From NCBI GenBank assembly GCA_977030845.1, contig OZ365112.1, positions 19,406,001 to 19,470,000 of the forward strand: a stretch of 64,000 nt of DNA, read 5' to 3'. Made by a program: the position numbers and the translations under genes. Under the pieces are notes generated by a model. It did no database searches. It was not told where the DNA came from and saw only the letters and a list, made by a program, of their open reading frames with translations. This DNA is from Fimbriosthenelais zetlandica. Lineage: Eukaryota. Shown here one piece after another: positions 1 through 10,859 of this stretch (positions are counted from its first letter, which is position 1; every line of letters starts with the position of its first letter).

Positions 1-660
1 GTGATTTTTAACATTGAGCCTATGGGCGGGACACTTTTGATGAATTCGATGGATTTAGTCATGTTAGCGATCTCGGATCGGGCTGAAATTTTAGGGGGAA
101 GTTTGGGTGGGTGTCTGGGATGGACATGGGGCTGGGGGTGAAGGTTGGGGGGCCTGGGAGGGGTACGGGGGGCAAAATAAATTTTAACATTGAGCCCTAT
201 GGCCAATACACAGTACAGGCACTATACGGGATAGCAGCAGCGGCTGGGTGGCGCGGGAATAGGTGGTGGGCGGGGGCGGGGGCGGGGGGGGGGGGGGCTA
301 CGGTGGGGATGGTGGGTAGGGGGGGGGAGGTTGGGGGTCCGAGGGGGCTAAATAATGTTGAACTATACCGGTTAGCATGCAGTACTTGTAGTCGGAGTAT
401 ATATAGATTGGGGCTCGCTCTTCAGTGGGGGTTGGGGTATATACGACTGGGGGTCGATCGAAGATGGGGGGGGGGGGGGGGGCGCTTGTGGCTGGGGCGA
501 GGCGGGGGAGCTGTCACATTGAGCTTTATGGGCAATATACACGAACTACGGCGTAAACAATGTCGCGGTGTCCATGAATTCAGGAAGATATACCTGAACA
601 AATACCTAGAATTACATTTCCTTTCTTACAGACAGGCTTCGAAATATGCTATTTTGTCCA
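1..660. repeat. G-rich uncharacterised repeat-like segment, probably truncated by the window start
   Basis: The motif acattgagc(c/t)(c/t)tatgg recurs at about 11, 189 and 516, separated by long poly-G runs. The ORF 111..665 over it is Gly-rich low complexity and starts at GTG. Confidence 0.45.
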
Positions 661-892
661 AGTGAGATACTTGATTAAGATGACGCAGTGTATTTGTAGC
701 TTTCTATGGGCAAAGTTTGGGTAGACATTCGCCACTCTGATGCTAAATTGTTTGAGATCCATGTCGTTCATAAACCATAGGCTATTGACCTATCCACAAT
801 GGCAGGTTCGCAGATCACCAGTATATATATATATACCCAAGCCATCCTGCCACCAGTGCCCCTGCCTAGCAGATTCTTTCAGAAAAAATAAG

Positions 893-966
893 CCTTCCCA
901 GATCAAGGTTCGAACCTGTCACCTCTCACACAGTGTGCTAGCGCTCTAACCGCTTGACCACGACGC
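893..966 (-). mobile_element. tRNA-derived SINE-like head or tRNA pseudogene
   Basis: The minus strand reads GCGTCGTGGTCAAGCGGTTAGAGCGCTAGCACACTGTGTGAGAGGTGACAGGTTCGAACCTTG. It has a Pol III A-box (TGGTCAAGCGG, 950-960) and B-box (GGTTCGAACC, 907-916) at tRNA-like spacing, but the stems pair poorly. Confidence 0.55.
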
Positions 967-1110
967 ACATGACTTGGGTGAATCTTGGGTGGCCTAAAAC
1001 TTGGTCTGATGTCTCAGAGAGCTTGCCGCTTGTAATTCAACCTTGCGCTGGGAGGTTCAGGATAAATTTGAGGGGGTGTAGTGTAGTGACCTGACAGCCG
1101 CCGGCAATGC

Positions 1111-1185
1111 GGGACGGTGTATAGTCTAGAGGTAATTGACACTCGCCTTTAACGCGAGACAACAGGCTTCGATTCCCCGTCGAAT
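1111..1185 (+). pseudogene. degenerate tRNA-like sequence (Val-like arm; SINE head or pseudo-tRNA)
   Basis: A-box TAGTCTAGAGG (1122-1132), perfect 5-bp anticodon stem CTCGC-CTTTAAC-GCGAG (1142-1158), and B-box-like GCTTCGATTCC (1166-1176). The T-stem does not pair. Confidence 0.5.
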
Positions 1186-1757
1186 AAAATACTTTTCGCT
1201 ACCCTTCAGGATGGAGAGAGCATTGGCCGCCTAGCTCATTGAACAGTAGTTTACATATTCGCCGCTTCTACTCTGGGTCACCACAATCATGCTACCCTTT
1301 TACTTTCATGGAATCCAATGCTAAAGCCCTTTAAAAATCGAGACCATAAAATCAGAAATCCTAATCGACACCAAATATAACCAATCGCACAACTTAGTTG
1401 TTTCTTGACATTTTATATGAAAGGCACACAATATGTTCAACATACAAACGGGTACACAAGTCATGTAGCCTAGGCTACGTAAAATACGAATGAAAAGAAT
1501 TAGGCCTAGGCCTACATACGAGTCTTACTCTAAATTCATATTTCACATTCTTTCATTCACATAGCAATGGAATGTGAAGCACGAAACTATTTCCAAAGAG
1601 GTCCATGCGGATTGAATAATCTGATTTAATGCAAATAATATGGATAAGATATAGGGCCTATGATTACAATTTCTCTCATTCACTAATTAGCTTAAACGAT
1701 AAAACAATAATATATGTACCGGTAATGGCATGATAATATAAAATCAGTTGTAACAGT

Positions 1758-3071
1758 CTACAATAAGTTGTTGTTAATATGTGGTGATTGGTGTGGTCCC
1801 TGAGGTATACGAACTTCGTCCAGGGACTGTACCTCGAACAGGGTCTGGTCCACTACCTCCGTCATCCCTTTAAACGTGAAATAACCATAGAACTTACAAT
1901 TCCTCAGCATGTATGGAAACCATAGAATATCATCAGGCCACATTTTCTGGAACGGTACTTCGTTCAACTCGAACCATTTAGGCTTCATTTCTGGAATTAA
2001 AATCACATTCTATCTAGCTACTAGTATATTATATTTCCATACTAATTCGATAAATTGTCATCTGTGTAAAGAGATAGATTAGCCAAAATTGGTTAAATAG
2101 ATGTCTCACGTGTTTAAATTATTTAATAACTATTTATTTCGGTAGGCCATAGACGGATTCATATTTACCATCAGATTCTGTAACTGTTCCCGTGAACTCA
2201 TCCGTCTTAAAAACATGAACTTCCAGTAGTTGTGGATCTCCAAGGAACTCAAATACTAACAAACCAACCTTCTTCAGACCGTCTGAAACAAGTCCACATT
2301 CTTCTTGTAATTCCCTGCAAACAACGACAAGTAGTGTATAAGTACCCAGGGATACCGGAATTATTAATAAATAATATTTAAATAATAATTATTAAAAAAT
2401 AACTAAAATACTGATACTTAAGGCCTACCTTCGCGCAGCAGCTGGTATTGTTTCACCTTTCTCTACTTTTCCTCCAAAACCATTCCAGCGACCCTCGCCA
2501 AAACCCTTCTTCTTTAGACCAAGAAGGATTGATGATTGCTGGCGAACGAAAGCCAATGTCAGCACCTTGTTAGCTACTATGGGTATACTGGAAAATAAAT
2601 TGGTACCGGTACCGGTACCGGTAATCTTTAATTTAGACTAAAACGAAAATTATATTTTTTATGTTAAATTAATAATTTAACTTTTTAAATTAAATAATTC
2701 GTTAAATAATTGAGCGACCAAATAACTGATTATTAGGTCCCCCCCCCCCCTTCAAAATATATGTCATATGAGGGATCTAAATTTAAAAAAAACACCTTAT
2801 GAGGACCACTTTAGCACTTACCTTGACATGCTGAATAGGTAGGCCCCTACCGTAGGCCTAGCAGTGTAGTGTAAGTACCAGTAGGCCTATAGACTACTGT
2901 AGTGTAGCAATGTACTAGCTTGTTATAATTTATTAACTTGAGCTTATGCCTACCGACAAGAGTAGTATACTAACGATAGACCTATGGATGCTTGGCCTGT
3001 AAAATACTAATCCCGCTTCTCGGAACAAGCATGTGTACGGTACCTGAAGCATAACAAAAGAGGTCGGCCAT
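1758..3071 (-). CDS. NUDT1: 7,8-dihydro-8-oxoguanine triphosphatase (MTH1, Nudix hydrolase 1)
   Basis: Core exons 2587-2429, 2314-2169 and 1990-1758 join in frame through GT-AG sites. They give [55 protein letters not shown] (Nudix box) ... [22 protein letters not shown], which matches MTH1 motifs. The 5' exons 3071-3044 and 2996-2954 are tentative (202 aa if used). Confidence 0.93.
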
Positions 3072-6000
3072 CTTGGTACGTTGAAACGGGTAGTGGTTAA
3101 CAACTCCCACTCTTTTCCCATTGGTTTCCATTTTTCCCGATGGTAGCGTGTTCGTAGGGCCTACACAAAACTAGGAAATAAAATATGAAATAAATCAACT
3201 ATAAATAAATAAAATAAGTTAAGGTAACGATAATAATTTTAAAATGGATCCACCCGAATCTCAGTAATGAAATAATTAGAAAACAAAGGCTTTGATTCAT
3301 CTTATGCCCAAACCAATTTGCCAAAGCACCAACAGATTTTAGATCATTTTAGTGCCTAGTGTCGGTCTTCCTAAGTAGCCAGGAGATCGGCATGTTTAGT
3401 GCAAATTCAGTGAACTTGTCAGATATGGGGAAACTAAGGCAACTCACGGGTACTGGAGGTGTAGCATCTGACCTCTAACCCTCCCCCTCTGAGACCTGGC
3501 CTCAGCTAATTTTAGCACTAACCGAATAAGAAACCCACCTATACGACTGAATGCACATCACACATGTTGTGAATTGGTTAAGTTTAGGAGGTAAATTTAG
3601 TGGGCAGGGAAAGAAGTGAACCGAGGGGGAAATGGAAAAAGATATAGGAACAAGGTCATAAAAAAACAGGCCTACCGTACTGGTTTCCTAAATATCCTCC
3701 AGTAGGTTTACATGCGGACTACTAAAACTTTAGCCTTGACCTAAACCAAAATGCCCACATGAGCATAGGGCCTACCTTTATCGTGATTTTTTAAAATGTA
3801 TTTTTTTTTTATACAAATACATGTAGTAACGTAATTACAATAGGCCCCTCTATTTTCTGAATGATCCAACATTGCCCTTCACGACACTAACGCAGAGTAT
3901 ATATGACAGTGAACACTTTATTCATCGAGTAATACTGAATGCTGCCAATTATAAACGGGGTTGTTAATATCAGTTGAACACAATATTGTCATCATCAATG
4001 TCACATGTGATACACACAATGGCATAGACGACACAAAGGCGATCTACACAAGGTATATACGCATTGTTAAATCCTCATTTACATAATTACAGCATTCTAA
4101 TATTATATACCAATTTTTAAAAAGTCAAAAACTATTCTAAATCTATTCACTTAACCTTTGGTTTACACTTCCGATTAGTATAGTTAATTTACAATTTTAC
4201 AAAAAGAACCTTTTCTTTCTTCTTGGAATAATTTTGCATGACCAACCTATGGTCGCTCCATTTATCACTTGTATCAAATGTATACAATTTACTCACCCTT
4301 TCATGAAAATAAAAATCATGGTTTTACCGATCAAGGCATTAAAAAACATTTTACTGTTCTACTAAGTTATGATATTCACATTCGGACTAGCATGCAGAAT
4401 CATATTAGGCTATAATACTCAATAATTTCTGAGTGTCAAAAATTGCTTTTACAATACATCTTTAAAAAATAAAAAATACCCAAAGTACATAATCTATTAT
4501 GCCTGTCAAATCACAATGCAGTTATGGCCTGGACCCATGACATTCTCTCTATTTAAATCATCTCCTCTGACTATACTGTGATTATACAGACTCCAGTTCG
4601 TTGTTTTTTGGCAAGTAAGTTTATCACGTGACAAAATTTTGAAATGAACTGGCAGGAAAACAATGCAATCTGGTATTAATACAGATCCAGAAAATGTCAC
4701 CTCTAATACTAATAAATATAATACGTCTCCACTCTCACGATATGGAAGTCTTTAAAAATGAAGGAAGAAAAACGATTTCACCTAAGTACCAATGGACTCA
4801 TGATGCACAATGTTGAAAAAGCTAAAAGTACACAGGACAAAAACTGTACAAAAATTATCATTATAACAAGTTAATATAGTTCCACTACAATGGTATTTGT
4901 CATTACAAAACAGCACCGTCAATAAAGATAGTATACCAGGCTATATAGTACAAAACGATAGAAAGCATCGTGCATTCTCCTATACCAATACTGACAAATC
5001 TTTCATTATCAAACATAGAAACTAATGTTCTCATCATGACCAACAACCGACTCTTAAACTCCCCCATTAGATTTTTTACTAACGATCTGCGCAAATTCTA
5101 TGAGTATTCATTATAGCACAGCTATCTCATAATAAAACCCAAGGAATACACACAGATTCTGTGTAAAAAGGGAAATATACAACTAGCAGACTTTTTACGT
5201 TGACATATAATGTTGTTAGAAATTTAAATAAACTATGCCTATAGGAAGAAGACAATTAAATATCCTGTTAAATTATTTTTTCATTTCAGAGAGATGTACG
5301 GTAGCTTCTATAATTCATTATTATCACTATCAGTATGATATGATTTCATCCCAGGCAAGATAAACCAACGAGTAAGGAATGCCTTCATTCTATACTCGTT
5401 GGATTAGCCAATCATAGTGACCACTCTAGTACTACATGTATATTATATATTGCTGCTGAGCTATTCGGTCAAAAATTCTCATTTCCGTTCATTTCCACCC
5501 ATATGAAATAATAGCCTAACCATGGATGTACATATTATCTTTTCTTAATAAATTAATTATGTGTGATCTTCAGAAATATGTGTCAATTGACGTTTTTAAG
5601 ATTTAATTGCTTATTTGGTCATACCAACATCACTTTTAACCACATAGGAAGTCCATACAAAAATTCATCAAATGTTACCTTCCACTGAAAACTAATTCCG
5701 AAGCGAACCACAGAATCTATTCCTTCTGTCATGCACCACTGTAAACATTATGTATCTCCCCGACTCGACCATTTATCCGACGCTTGCTTTAGATATACAA
5801 TAGATACAAAACAGTCGCACCTCCTTATCCTACAATGATATGATGTTCCTACCTGGAATTTTAATATTACACATTCTTCGATATTTCTGGGACAATCAAG
5901 GACTCCTCTAGAAGGGCCACATTATTGTTGTACATAATAATTTTTATACACACATCTTTCAACGTGGAAACATCCATTTGTAACTCAAGTATAGCAGATA

Positions 6001-8180
6001 TGACTCGTCCATCTGAGTTGCAAAAACCACGAGCACAAAGGTACAAACCATAGCAGGTTAAGATGTGATTACAATTTTCAATGTTTTACTTTAAATACTA
6101 CTGTACCTTCCAAAATCAACCATTAGTTATCCTCGCAAATTACTAGTAAGGATGACCAGAATTATGAGTAGCCCACTGTTTTAATAAAGTAAATTTATCA
6201 AAGTTAGAATTTTTGCTTAACGACAAATGTAGTACTACACATTAAACCATCATTCTTATCCAAATGAAGATCTATACTAAATGCATGCCCTGAAACGGAC
6301 AACAGCTTTGTACATGTATATAGGATACCACATTGTACCTCAAATGTCACACAGCACATGATCTTATATGTTTATATATATGTGTATATATAAATACATT
6401 TAGAAAATACAACTCTTTGGAAGCCACCAATACCTGGGTATAGAGAACGTGTACACATCAACAAATTCCTGACTTCGAAGTACATTACTAAAGAGTAATG
6501 CATTATCCATATTATCTTAGTTTTACTGAAAACGTACTGTATTTTCATGCTGTCTTATCGCACGAGGCAATATTAGTACATTTTACACGGATTTTATCTT
6601 GAATTGAGAAATCTCTGAACAAATAAATGAATTTCATATAAAGCTTTAGCATGGTACAATTTTGCAAAAAAAAAAGCGAAATACATTCTTCACGAAAATC
6701 AATGTTTACAGTATACACTACACAATGGGGGCAAAATCAGCATGTCATATCTCCAGCCTCCAACAAAGATACACTCGAACAATGGCTATTCACTCACATA
6801 CATCAATCTCATCCTGACATAAAATGTAGGTGAATAATACGTGATGGTGACCTCAAGTGGTCCTGCGTTCAAACAAAGGACAATAAAAATTTAATTACTA
6901 ACGCACGACTGAACAATTCCAACCAATATTAGACCTTATTGAATACGCTTGTAATAATGTGATCTCGATAATCTCTCTAAAGTTTTTACTATAAGTAAGT
7001 TATGGTAATACACACTGTCTATACACTTTCAATAATAGATTATTGAGTATTCATCTTAGGCTACATGTATGTCATTGATTTATGAAAACAATGGAGACTG
7101 GAGAAACCACACAATGCCCTCAAAATGTATTTTGTTGAAATTCCATCTCTTCACTTCACATCCCTTAAAGACGTTTTATACAAGTTTTATTAGCATTATG
7201 TATGTTTTAATGCTATTTACATGAACACAAATGTGTGATATATTTCTGTGTTGCTATGAATTAGATAGCTCCACATTCTGTGCAAAAGATTTATTCATTG
7301 CGGCGACGATATTGAACCAAACCATCATAAGGGTACAAATGTGAAGGACCCATGTAATATAGGAAAATCATCTAATTGATATATTCAACAATTAGTCATT
7401 CATCTCCAGACAGTTATCCTTCATCTTTCTCTGAAGCTCAAGAGTATTCTGCAAGTAAACAATACTATAGAGCTCCCTTCGTAACTGTAGTTACAAATAG
7501 CCAGTCGTTATAAACACTTTCATTCCTTTCAGTTATAAAATCATTCATACCAATAACAGAATACTTTATCCATACACTTTAGGTTACTCATACCATGTTA
7601 AAGCACAAAACATGTACTTAATATGGATAGCAAGCCTGTATACCATCATATTGTTAAATACATCTGAACATGCTGCATAAGGTATTCTATTATAGGAATA
7701 CAAAAAAACTTTGGACGAGGTCACTTTAAGAGTAGCTCAAATATAATATGCAAACACAACAGATTATATATATTAGGCTATACAGTTATACAAGACAGAA
7801 ATATTAATCTTCATAATGTATTTCGTCATACAAAGTCTTTATACAACAGCAAAAAATCAATTATCACTGAAAAAGATTTTGGTACAATAAATATAAGGAA
7901 AAGAGATTTATGTGAAAGGAAATGTTCTTGCAGATAAAACCTGGCGAAGAGCGATGGTGGGAGGGTCCCTCTACATGTCCCTTAAGTAGATAGATGCAAG
8001 TCATAAAAGCAGAGAGCAAGTATTTTTTGAATAAAATACATTGCTTTCTGACTTTTAGTGACGACCATCCATGCTAAGACGTTCCAGGGTGCCGGAGGGC
8101 CCGCCAGGTATGCGGGCGGGAACTCGCGGCGTCCTCACGAGGAACGAATAGGTAGGTTCAAATTCGTCGCCTCCGTCTAG

Positions 8181-10859
8181 TCAGATGCTAGTCTCTTGTG
8201 CAATCACTTTCGCACTGCTGTCAGAAAAGTAACTCCTGTTGGTTGCAGAGGATCCAGGACCTCCACGAACACCATTGGTGCAAGCTCTGAAGTCGCTGCT
8301 CTGCTGTCTGCGGTTGCTGGTTCTGCCTTTTGATGAGAGCAATTTGAACACTTTCTTGTTGAGCACAAATGCAAAACATATGAACACTCCCTGGAAGGCA
8401 TTAAATCCTATGAACAGATACCAGAAGAGCTCCATTTTGAGAAGTGCTGCCAAAAATCCAAAAACCCAGGTCAGTGTCATGACCAGAGAGAGCTTGATGT
8501 AAATGCAGAGGCGACACCGATCCTTTCCCCGGTTCTGTACCTCAGTCATTCGGGAAATACGACAAATGTTTATCAGGGTGGCAAAATAAAATATCAGGTT
8601 TGTCAGGATGAGAATGGCGAGAGGTAGGGCAAAGAGGAAGAGCAGTGCATGTCTCTGAACAATCCAGCATATCTCATTCCCATAATGTGGCATATACATC
8701 TCATCAACACCCTCAAACACTTTGAAATCAAGAACAAGAGCTGCTGCTACAATGAGGGCAGGCATGAACCACGCATAAAGTGAGTAACCAACAAAGCGAC
8801 ATGTCCTGGCTTTCTCAGAGGTTTTGTTAACACGACTGACAAATGTGCGCCATATGTCAAAAGCCAGGACATTCATCCAGAAAAAGGCAGCAAGCCAGAA
8901 ATAGTGCATGGCAGCAGCCAGACCAAGACAGACCTCAAACCACTCAGTCCTTGGTACACCAACCAGGAAGAGGATTTGGGCCACAAAGAGAGAGAAGCTT
9001 AGGCACATGATGTTCTTGCCAGGCACGTTCCTCAAGGGTGGAAGCATGAGGTATACTATAAACATAATGAGCATGGCAACCAGGGATACGAGTACAGTGA
9101 CAAAAGACACGAGGGACTGCATTCTATCAAACTGGAACATGACAAGAGAATGGTTGGCATTCTTGCCATTGTTCATATCATGTCTGTCATTATTATTGTT
9201 TTGTGGGTTATTGTTACTGTTGAAATTGTTATTTCGATTTCTGTTCCTGTTGCCGTTGTTTTTGGTACTACCTCCATTGCCACCACTGCTGCTGCCACCG
9301 CCACTCCCAGGAGTTGACCTTGGGGGTTGGTCACAAATATATAAATAAGGCGCTTGGTATTCATAGTCTCTAGTACCAAACATCTTGCGAAGAGAATGAA
9401 CATAAACCGAGCCATTCTTGAACATTTCATAGTCTGTATGCCTGAGTGTCTTCACAGGACAATGGAGTGAAGGTGCGCCATCAAAATCTGGGAGTTCTGG
9501 TGGATATACATTGGGCAAATCTTCATGACCTGGTCTTGGAGGCAGACCTATGTCAATAGATGTACCACCTGGAGTCTCAATTTCAATCTCTTGCTTGTTC
9601 TTTGGCCTTCGTGGTCTTTCTCGAGGAAATGTTGGGTTAGCAGAAACAATGACACATTGACCATCCTGAAGCTGACTATCAGGTGGACACATTTTCAGGC
9701 GGCACTGTTTGGCAAATGGGTCATACATGTGATTGGCCTCACACTGCTTGATGTCAGCAAAAGGTATGGCAACGTGTCGCTCTCCACTAACCCCTCTTGT
9801 ATCTCGCAGATCTTGTATCAGTCCTTTACCAGTGTTAAAATTCAGGCTCAAGGAGAAATGGGAAAACCTCTGTCCCCCATAGCCTGTTTCTGGTCCCCTC
9901 AAAGGGATTCTCGTATCCTCACATGTTAAGTAGGTTTCATTCATCCCATAACACTCAGCACAGAATTTATTCTTGAATACTTCTTTCCCAGCATACACAT
10001 ATGATGTGTCTTTGCGGCATTTTTTCTTCAATCTTTTGCTTGCTCCTTTAGTGCAGCGTGATATGGCAGATTTACATTTCCTCACCTGAATGGTGGGGTG
10101 GGATAATTTTCTATGACACCTGTACCAATCATCTGAACTTTCTTCCACAATTTTCTCCATATAGCCCACTGGGTCCACTGTCACATTACCATCAGGTGGA
10201 TGGTCACAGTCGATATCAACTGACCAAAAAGACACATTAGAATCTCCAGCACATAGAGCACAGTAGTAGTTCTTATACAAAATCCCAGAATCCAGCCCAC
10301 TGACTGGCAACTTATAGAAATAGTCTTCATGACCATCGGGATTGAACTCACACTGTCTTCTCACTTCTGGGTCACCAAATTTCTTGGGACAAGAGGACAC
10401 AATATAAACCTCCACTTCCCTGTTGTAATCCAGTAAGCGTTCACATTGGACCATTTTCTTCTGAATGTTGACCGTCTGTCCCATGGGTGAGCTCAGAGGT
10501 TGATAATCACTGCAGCAATCACCAAAGACTTGACAAAGAGGGTCACAGAAGCAATTAAGCTCCCTGTAGGGCAGTTCTTCCCGCCCCTCAGCCTGGCAAC
10601 TGCTTCTCATTTCACATGTCACAGGGATTTCCAGAGTCTCAGGAAACAAGCCGATTTCTGAAAGGCCAATAGTGGGTAACCTAGGGGCACCAGTGCTAGG
10701 ATGCTCCCCCAGACCTGCTTGAACGCCATCCTGCTGTCCCTGGGTCAAGATGGAGGATGGGAGGAGGAGGGAGAGGAAGGAGCAATAGTAAAAGAGAAGG
10801 CTGCAAGTTGTCAGACTAGACATGGTGATGAAACTGGTGTCTGGCCTCTGGGAAAGCAT
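8181..10859 (-). CDS. Family-B (7tm_2) Methuselah/adhesion-like GPCR with N-terminal somatomedin-B domain; single coding exon
   Basis: 892-aa ORF. Signal peptide after M1 or M13 (10823), SMB-type CFCDPLCQVFGDCCSDY, and a Cys-rich ectodomain (LPVSG..SGILYKNYYCALC). Seven hydrophobic helices carry family-B/Mth hallmarks LRNVPGKNIMCL, HYFWLAAFFWMNVLAFD, YAWFMP, CWI, LTWVFGF and FNAFQGVFI. Confidence 0.9.
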   Translation of the reverse strand: MLSQRPDTSFITMSSLTTCSLLFYYCSFLSLLLPSSILTQGQQDGVQAGLGEHPSTGAPRLPTIGLSEIGLFPETLEIPVTCEMRSSCQAEGREELPYRELNCFCDPLCQVFGDCCSDYQPLSSPMGQTVNIQKKMVQCERLLDYNREVEVYIVSSCPKKFGDPEVRRQCEFNPDGHEDYFYKLPVSGLDSGILYKNYYCALCAGDSNVSFWSVDIDCDHPPDGNVTVDPVGYMEKIVEESSDDWYRCHRKLSHPTIQVRKCKSAISRCTKGASKRLKKKCRKDTSYVYAGKEVFKNKFCAECYGMNETYLTCEDTRIPLRGPETGYGGQRFSHFSLSLNFNTGKGLIQDLRDTRGVSGERHVAIPFADIKQCEANHMYDPFAKQCRLKMCPPDSQLQDGQCVIVSANPTFPRERPRRPKNKQEIEIETPGGTSIDIGLPPRPGHEDLPNVYPPELPDFDGAPSLHCPVKTLRHTDYEMFKNGSVYVHSLRKMFGTRDYEYQAPYLYICDQPPRSTPGSGGGSSSGGNGGSTKNNGNRNRNRNNNFNSNNNPQNNNNDRHDMNNGKNANHSLVMFQFDRMQSLVSFVTVLVSLVAMLIMFIVYLMLPPLRNVPGKNIMCLSFSLFVAQILFLVGVPRTEWFEVCLGLAAAMHYFWLAAFFWMNVLAFDIWRTFVSRVNKTSEKARTCRFVGYSLYAWFMPALIVAAALVLDFKVFEGVDEMYMPHYGNEICWIVQRHALLFLFALPLAILILTNLIFYFATLINICRISRMTEVQNRGKDRCRLCIYIKLSLVMTLTWVFGFLAALLKMELFWYLFIGFNAFQGVFICFAFVLNKKVFKLLSSKGRTSNRRQQSSDFRACTNGVRGGPGSSATNRSYFSDSSAKVIAQETSI

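Noticed and set aside
111-665. 184-aa Gly-rich ORF
   Set aside because: It has a GTG start, is produced by poly-G repeat sequence and shows no domain-like content.
3900-8180. Long AT-rich stretch without ORFs
   Set aside because: It is plausibly the GPCR 3' UTR or intergenic DNA, but nothing in the sequence fixes its boundaries.
8204-9929. Several overlapping antisense or alternative-frame ORFs
   Set aside because: They are shadows of the GPCR coding sequence and its low-complexity linker.
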